A stretch of 60,451 nucleotides of DNA, the filler included, from Platydemus manokwari (lineage: Eukaryota): the NCBI GenBank assembly GCA_037951405.1. It is 5 parts of 5 records of this genome, joined end to end, with 100 filler letters (N's around TTAATTAATTAA, not from the genome) between each part and the next. Parts side by side here need not be neighbours in the genome. Positions count along the whole stretch, not along the records: positions 49,617 to 60,451 come from JBBMOY011102109.1; 4 more parts are not named here. One strand, 5' to 3'. The notes under the pieces were generated by a model. It did not search any database. It was given only the letters and a program-made list of their open reading frames with translations, and was not told the origin of the DNA. Shown here piece after piece: positions 53,621 through 60,451 of this stretch. Both the position numbers and the translations under genes were made by a program. The stretch's first letter is position 1, and each line of letters begins with the position of its first letter.

Positions 53621-53819
53621 TAGTTATAGTTAAATTTGTTGAGGATGCACCATCTACATCATCCTCAAAATCGAACAAACCCATGTTCAACAACAATATA
53701 TTCAAATCCCAATGACAGTGAAAACCGAATATATACAACAACAATCATTCAAACCCCAGCAAACAGTTATCCTCCTTAAATCCGAATCAAATGATCCGCA
53801 CAGCAATCGAATTCAGTAA

Positions 53820-54010
53820 CCCAATCCAATTATTCCCACAATTATTCAAACAATCCAATTATTCAATCGCCCTCAAACAGTCCAATCGTTCAATCGCCCT
53901 CAATCAAATAATTAATCCAGTTATTCAATCGTCCTCAATTAAATAATTCTCGAATCGCCCTCAAACAATCCAATTATTCAATTGCCCTCAATCAAATAAT
54001 TCTCAACAAA
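53820..54010. repeat. ~27-bp C-rich tandem repeat
   Basis: CAATCCAATTATTCAATCGCCCTCAA(A/T) units, about 6 imperfect copies. Confidence 0.8.
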
Positions 54011-54469
54011 ATAATCTACTCATCCTATAATCATCTTTGATCGATCCAGCAGACCAACCAAATTAATCAAACCAACATTCATTACAGTCAAATCACTTTC
54101 AACTCCAAAAATCAGTTTCAATTTTATCCCAATAACATTTAAACATTTGATTGACATCCTAATAATATTTGACTTATTGATTTGATCCAGCAATTTGATA
54201 TTTGCTTTTTTAATGTTGATATAATCCGCAATTTGATATTTGCTTTTTTGATACATGTATATGTGAAGTTTGATAATAATTATTTATACTCTTGAACTTT
54301 GATCTTGTAAACTGGAGGGAGAGACTATGTTGAGACGACAAGCACAATGGTGAGAATTATGCAATGAACGGCTTGCGAATACAGCGAGTGGAATAGGCGG
54401 AAGATGACAATAAAAAAGATACAACATTAACATAATAAAACAATAAGTGATAACGAGAAACATAATAAT

Positions 54470-54548
54470 AGCATTAAGAATAATAATAATTATTAGATGG
54501 TAATAATGGTAATAACAGCAATAAACGACAATGAAAAAAATAATAAGA

Positions 54549-54594
<46 letters not shown>

Positions 54595-54700
54595 TAATGG
54601 TAATAATAAAAATAACGACAATAATAACAAAACATAACGATAATAATATAGATAATAATAATGATAATAGTAATAATAACTGTAATATTAATAACAATAA
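54470..54700. repeat. (AAT)n microsatellite / low-complexity region
   Basis: Read directly. Explains the poly-Ile and poly-Asn ORFs 54284-54697 and 54531-54755. Confidence 0.9.
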
Positions 54701-56016
54701 AAGTACAATTCATAAAATAAGTTATATTTTGTCTGATCTAAGGGAGACAAAATAAATCAGATAACAAATAAACAAAAATAGTAACATAAGAAATCTATTA
54801 TATTTGATTTTTATCGGATCTAAAATCGAATATTCATAAGAATCAATAATAGAAATAAATTTAGTAACAGCCATAGCGCTGTACAAATATACAAAATAAA
54901 ATAATAATATCAAAGCATAAAATGGCGCCAGTTGTAGAAACGGCACCATGGAAAATGATATATAAGCACAGTGCAATATAAAGCATTCACCATCACAAGA
55001 AACACCACAAGACACCACAAAACAAGAAGCCACACAGCACAGAAAAGCTCGTTACAGGAAGGCATAGTGAAACCTGAACTGACGACTATTCGACGATTTT
55101 TATTCTATTCCGGCCTATTCAACTATATTCGTAAGGATATTTTATCACCATTGCTGAATTATTAAGTAATTAATTATCTTGTGTCGTCTCCCGAACTCTT
55201 TCCTTCCAGTACTCGGTATTTTTGAGTGCCAAGTAGTTATCTGCTTGCGCAGTGTACTACGCAGTTTAGCAAAATTTGTTTTGTTCTTTTTTATTGTTAC
55301 TTATTTTCGTTCTTATCAAATAAATTATTTAATTAACAAAGGCATTTTAGCGTGTTATCATTTAAGTTACAAGCCTATTAATATCATTTCAACTCATAGG
55401 TTATTCTGGTGACAACGGAATATCCTAAGTCCTTGTTGCCACAGTTGATCATATATTACAGGGTTATCATTTTTGACCTTTATTCAGTTTAATTTTCCAA
55501 TAGTTTCGTCCTCATACGAGCTATTGAAGCCCTCTATAGAACCAGTAAAATTAATAACCCTAACCACAACCCAAATAATTTATTTCAAATTAATTAAATT
55601 AAAATCGAGCGATAGTGCTAATAATTACAAACAATCGAATCTTACTCTTGAGAATAAAACTTTCGGTATATATCGTCTCTGAGATCAAATTTTACTGTTG
55701 TGTGCTCATTTCGAAATGTTAAACCCTTAAATATTGATTTACACCGGTGCCTATTTTGTGCACTGGCGCATTTTTATCTTAAATTCATATTTTTCTATAC
55801 TGCATTCTTTCCGCTTTTCTAAACCAATGGTTGTTACTATTTTTATTTGTTCATAAAATACGTTTTTCTGATTCATCCTTCCAACCTATTTTTCAGATCA
55901 TATAATCACTTATTTTTCGCTTCATTTATGGCGACTTTCATATTATTTTATTTTATTTTTATTTAATTTTCATGTTGCGGCTTGTTTTAATGTTTGATTT
56001 TCCTGAAAATTTGTAA

Positions 56017-56047
<31 letters not shown>

Positions 56048-59000
56048 TTTAATTTTTCGTTGTCCTATTCTGACAATTTAATTCAATCATAAATCGTCAG
56101 ACATTAATTTCTAAATTTCGATTTCGCCCACATTATTAATTATAATTATAATTTTTATTAATTATAATTTTATTTATTATAATCTCTGTAAAGGATTTAT
56201 TTATTATATTTTTATTTATTATAATTTTTAATATTATAATTGCTTTCAACTTCAAATTACAATTCAAAAATAACATTGCAGAATTATAATATACATAGAT
56301 CTGTTCATAAAAAACAAAAATTTTTCTTACATTATTGTTAACGTATAAAATAAAGATTATTATCAAATTAAAGTAATTTCATATAAGATCACATAATATG
56401 TCACCCATCAATCTTCACTTTCCACTTGGATTGGGATTGAAACTTTTAGTGAGGTAATTGTAGGCTTTGATGGGGCGATTTGTTTTGGGTTTGAAATTCT
56501 ACCTTGTGGTAAACTAAGGACTGAGATTATTGTAAAGATTGAGAAGTTTGATTGAGAAGTATTACGATATTAAATTATATAATCATATATGACCAAGTTT
56601 CTGATTACATGCCATCGCCTGTTCATATTAATGTTGATGAATTGAAGTGCATTAATTTATTAATAATATCCACGTCAAAGTTCCATTTCTAATTAAAGAT
56701 TTATAACAACAATCTGAGTTTAATATTTCGAAGTTATATTTTGATAAAGTCATTATTGATCGTTTGATAACTGATAAGCAATAATAATCTGATAAAGTAA
56801 AAAAAATATACTAAATTATCATTAATATACTTAACAAATTATTGAATATTCAGAAAATCAGTAAAACTATTGTATTTTAAAATATATCAAAAATAATTTG
56901 AACAATAAAATTCAAACTAGATTTACATCGACTCCCTAAGTATCATTTTTTATAAAGACTTCTGCTTTAAGATTTTTATTTTCAAAATTTTCCACATTTT
57001 TATTAAAACTAAGACAAATTTGCTCCTCAATAACTCAAGAACATACCACTGCATACAGTTTTTCATCAAAGTCATGGAGTAGGTTGAAAAGCATGAAGAT
57101 GAATGCGATATACTACCTTATTGGCATGAAAGAAATCACACTTAATCAGGTGATCTGGGTGGAAAGTTCAATGGTTTGAAAAGTTTAATTGGACTGATGA
57201 GTCATACCGCCGAACCTCATCCTATGTGAACATACTTCCGTGTCCTACAACACCTGATAACTAATTTTCAAGAATGGGGAGATATTTTTTATTAATTAGG
57301 GGTTTTGTTAAGTTTAAGAATCGAAATATTCACAAAAGTTTGATTTTTGAACACTTATTTCGTATTTTCTTCTTGTTCAATTCAAATATTACAATTAAAA
57401 AAAGGTTTTCGAATTTCGGTAGATTTATAAATCTATATGCTCATTCACCGCAGAACACTTATGTGAAGTGATATTAAGAGGTCAAAATTTATTATTGTAA
57501 TAATAATCGGTTTCTACCAAATAAATATCTGAATAACAATAATTCAATCAGAAGTGCATGTGATTTTAATAATAAGTACGTGACATCTTGACTTTACATT
57601 AATTAAATGCATTTATGAAGGAAATTACATTTAAAATTCAACTCAGATTGGCAAATAAAACTGAGAAGATCTTGTGAAATACAAATAACAAAATAAACAT
57701 ATAGTTTATCAAAATGTGAATCTCATCACAAATTGGATGAATGAGAAAATAAAACAATGACGTAATTATTTTCTCTGTATTCCAATTACGTAAGTTACTA
57801 TGAGTTCTGATAATTAATTATTACAGACTGATGTAGCTTTGCAAAATTCAAAAATAATTTAAAGCTCTTTTGAATAGTTGTGTAATTTGGGTGACTAAAA
57901 TAACCATCATCTTACACTCTGTGTTTGATTTCTTTTCTAATAACGTTTAAATTTGAAATAAGAAAATATAACACAAACAAATAAATACATTTATTAATAA
58001 TTACAAATTTAACTGAAACTTATATCCACCGAATCAAAAGAAAGTACTGTGTGATATTAAAAAGGTCAAAGTAGAAGGGAAATGTTATGTTAATCAGTCT
58101 TACACCAAAACAATCGGTTAAGGAAATTTCGAATTTCAAAGTGACAATTTTTAATTTAACTAAAGAAAAATCGAAAATTTAATTAAAGTGATAAAATTGA
58201 ACCAGAGAGAAACTCGATAATTATTTTTTTTTTTTAATTTGTGCAGATTTAAATCGTAATGATCTGTTTTAACAATTATTTTCAATATCAATTGATTTGT
58301 GTTTGTAATTTTTGTACTTTCGATAATACGAGATTCTCACTGATTACCTGTATGCCTATTTCTACTCTAGAACTAAATTAATACAAATCTTTAATTTCTC
58401 ATTGTCATTTAACTCACTTGTTTTGTTTAAATATTTCATTTTACTTGTTTATTAAGATATGGTGATCAAATGATTTAAAGTAAACAGGACTATAGTTATA
58501 TAGTTACTATCAATTTATTATTAATTTATTATTTAAGTTTTAGATATATTTCAAGTCATAAAAGCTGAATATGTATATTTTGATGATTATTTTGTCTCTT
58601 ACAAAATTTGTTTTTTTATATGCTGATGTAATTACAAGTATCTTCATAAATTTTCTAATGCTTGCTTATGACGAATTTAAACAGATTTTGATGATAAGAG
58701 AGATATGAAGTTATCTTTATTCAATTATGACAATCATGTAAGTCTATAATTTATTATGTTTTTAAGAGTGTAAAATATTTGCAATGAAATGTTTGTACAT
58801 AAAACAAAATAACATTTGTGGTAAAATATTTTCGGCAATATAATTTAATCTAATTTTTAATATTGAATGTTGTTACAACATTAAAATTGGATTTCGATTC
58901 TCAATTTGACATTGTCTACCATTTGAAATTAACGTATACACGTTATTAAATATTATTTTTAATTGATAATTTCTTAAGAACTTTTTCTATTAAAATCAAA

Positions 59001-60451
59001 AATTAATTCGTTGTGTTACAAATATTTTCATAAACTTTCTTGATCTAATGAATCACTATCTATTTAAAGCATGTATAATGAACAAAAAGCCTGAAGATCA
59101 GTTTTTTTTACACTGAAGATCAAAGTTTTCTAGTAATACGAAGTCACAAGAGCCAAGTTTTAGAGAAACAACCTAATATTAGTGTATTTTTATCAAACCA
59201 CCTGCAGATTTATAATAAATTTCAAGCTTGATAATTTTTAAAATGTACTAGTGCAGACACTCGGTCTATCAATTGATATCGACAGTCTACGAAGTATTAA
59301 AAATTCTAATATTATCTGAATAGCACCTATAATTATTTAAAATTATTAAATCAATGATAATTAATGTTGGCTGCATTTATAAAACTTCTTTTAGCGCTTT
59401 ATGGGAATCGCGCTGGATAGATAATAATATTACGAATATTAATAGCAATCGTGTTGACATTGAAATTTTTAAACACTTTCTATTGATAATGGAAAGCTTT
59501 AAATAATAAATTGAAAACATTATTTCCATTTTATCTTTTACAATGATAGCAGTTTATTCATTACTTATTCAATGCCGAGATCTAATTCAGAGATTGCACA
59601 TATATTCTTTTTGATTCTTTGAAGGATTCTCACATTTTTGGAAATAAAATGCATATTTTCTCGATATATTTCTTCCACCATATTTAATTCTTAATAAAAT
59701 GTGAAAAGTCATAACGAAATTAATAATATTTTTAGTAAGTACTCACTTCAATTTCTCGTGTCAATGAGTAAAGTGAATAAAAATATGTACTAATATATAG
59801 CCACATTAAATGCCAAAATCGTGCGGAACTATGCATAAACCCAATATTTATATTTCAGTTATAATAATAATTATTATTATTCTAAAATGGCATCCATTGT
59901 GGAACCATGCCATAAATTATCAAGGGTATTTATTTTATTAATAGAATTCTAACATCTGCATAATTTTATCCTTTATAATTTCAACTCCATTAAACATCCA
60001 TTGAACCTTATAAGTTGACTATCTTCCATTTATAACGTTTAAAACTTAATGAAGTGAGTTTGAAACCGTCAAACATGATCGCTGTTTTTTCAACTATTGT
60101 TTTATTTAATCTTTTTAAAATCCTATGTAATTATATATATTCAATATATATAACAATATATTCAATATAGCAATTCAATATGTAAGAAATGGGTCGAGTA
60201 TTTCTTGAAATAAACTCAAATAGATTCAATTATGTATAGAAATGTGTTGGGATTATTTTTATCTGATTTGATATATCATTTTATAACAAAACCTTGTATT
60301 TTTCAATATCACTTGTCATCAAAAATTGTTTCATCAGCAAAATTATTTTCAAAAATTCTTCAGCTAAATTATTTATACTTCACTGCATTTATTTTTTTTA
60401 ATAATAAAATAAAATATATTTTATTTTTTTTTCATTATTCATTAAAAATTA

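Noticed and set aside
57191-57240. CTGATGA followed by a weak hairpin
   Set aside because: No correctly placed GAAA or stem III.
59880-59930. LWHGS on the minus strand (PARP-like)
   Set aside because: Isolated 5-residue match followed by a stop. No second PARP motif or clear exon.

Overview
Very AT-rich eukaryotic genomic DNA with short spliceosomal introns, (AAT)n microsatellites and scaffold gaps. The style suggests a planarian such as Schmidtea, but this is inference only. Exons were reconstructed by hand. Recognisable genes are: the 3' part of WDR48/UAF1 (+); a secreted F-type lectin + PAN/Apple gene (-) with a decayed paralog; an uninterrupted 828-aa ORF joining ankyrin repeats to a TRPM-type channel (+); the 5' exons of a KIF28-like kinesin-3 (-); the N-terminal exons of an IR25a-like ionotropic receptor (+); and the 5' exons of POFUT2 (-). 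Between them lie decayed LRR-like sequence and many transposon relics: piggyBac, Tc1/mariner, Polinton, Gypsy, a Ulp1-bearing element, a Harbinger-type MITE, LINE and Penelope-like pieces. The two most unusual items are the ankyrin-TRPM channel and a tandem pair of type III hammerhead ribozyme motifs antisense within an intron of the IR25a-like gene. Gaps containing the TTAATTAATTAA linker make adjacency across them uncertain.
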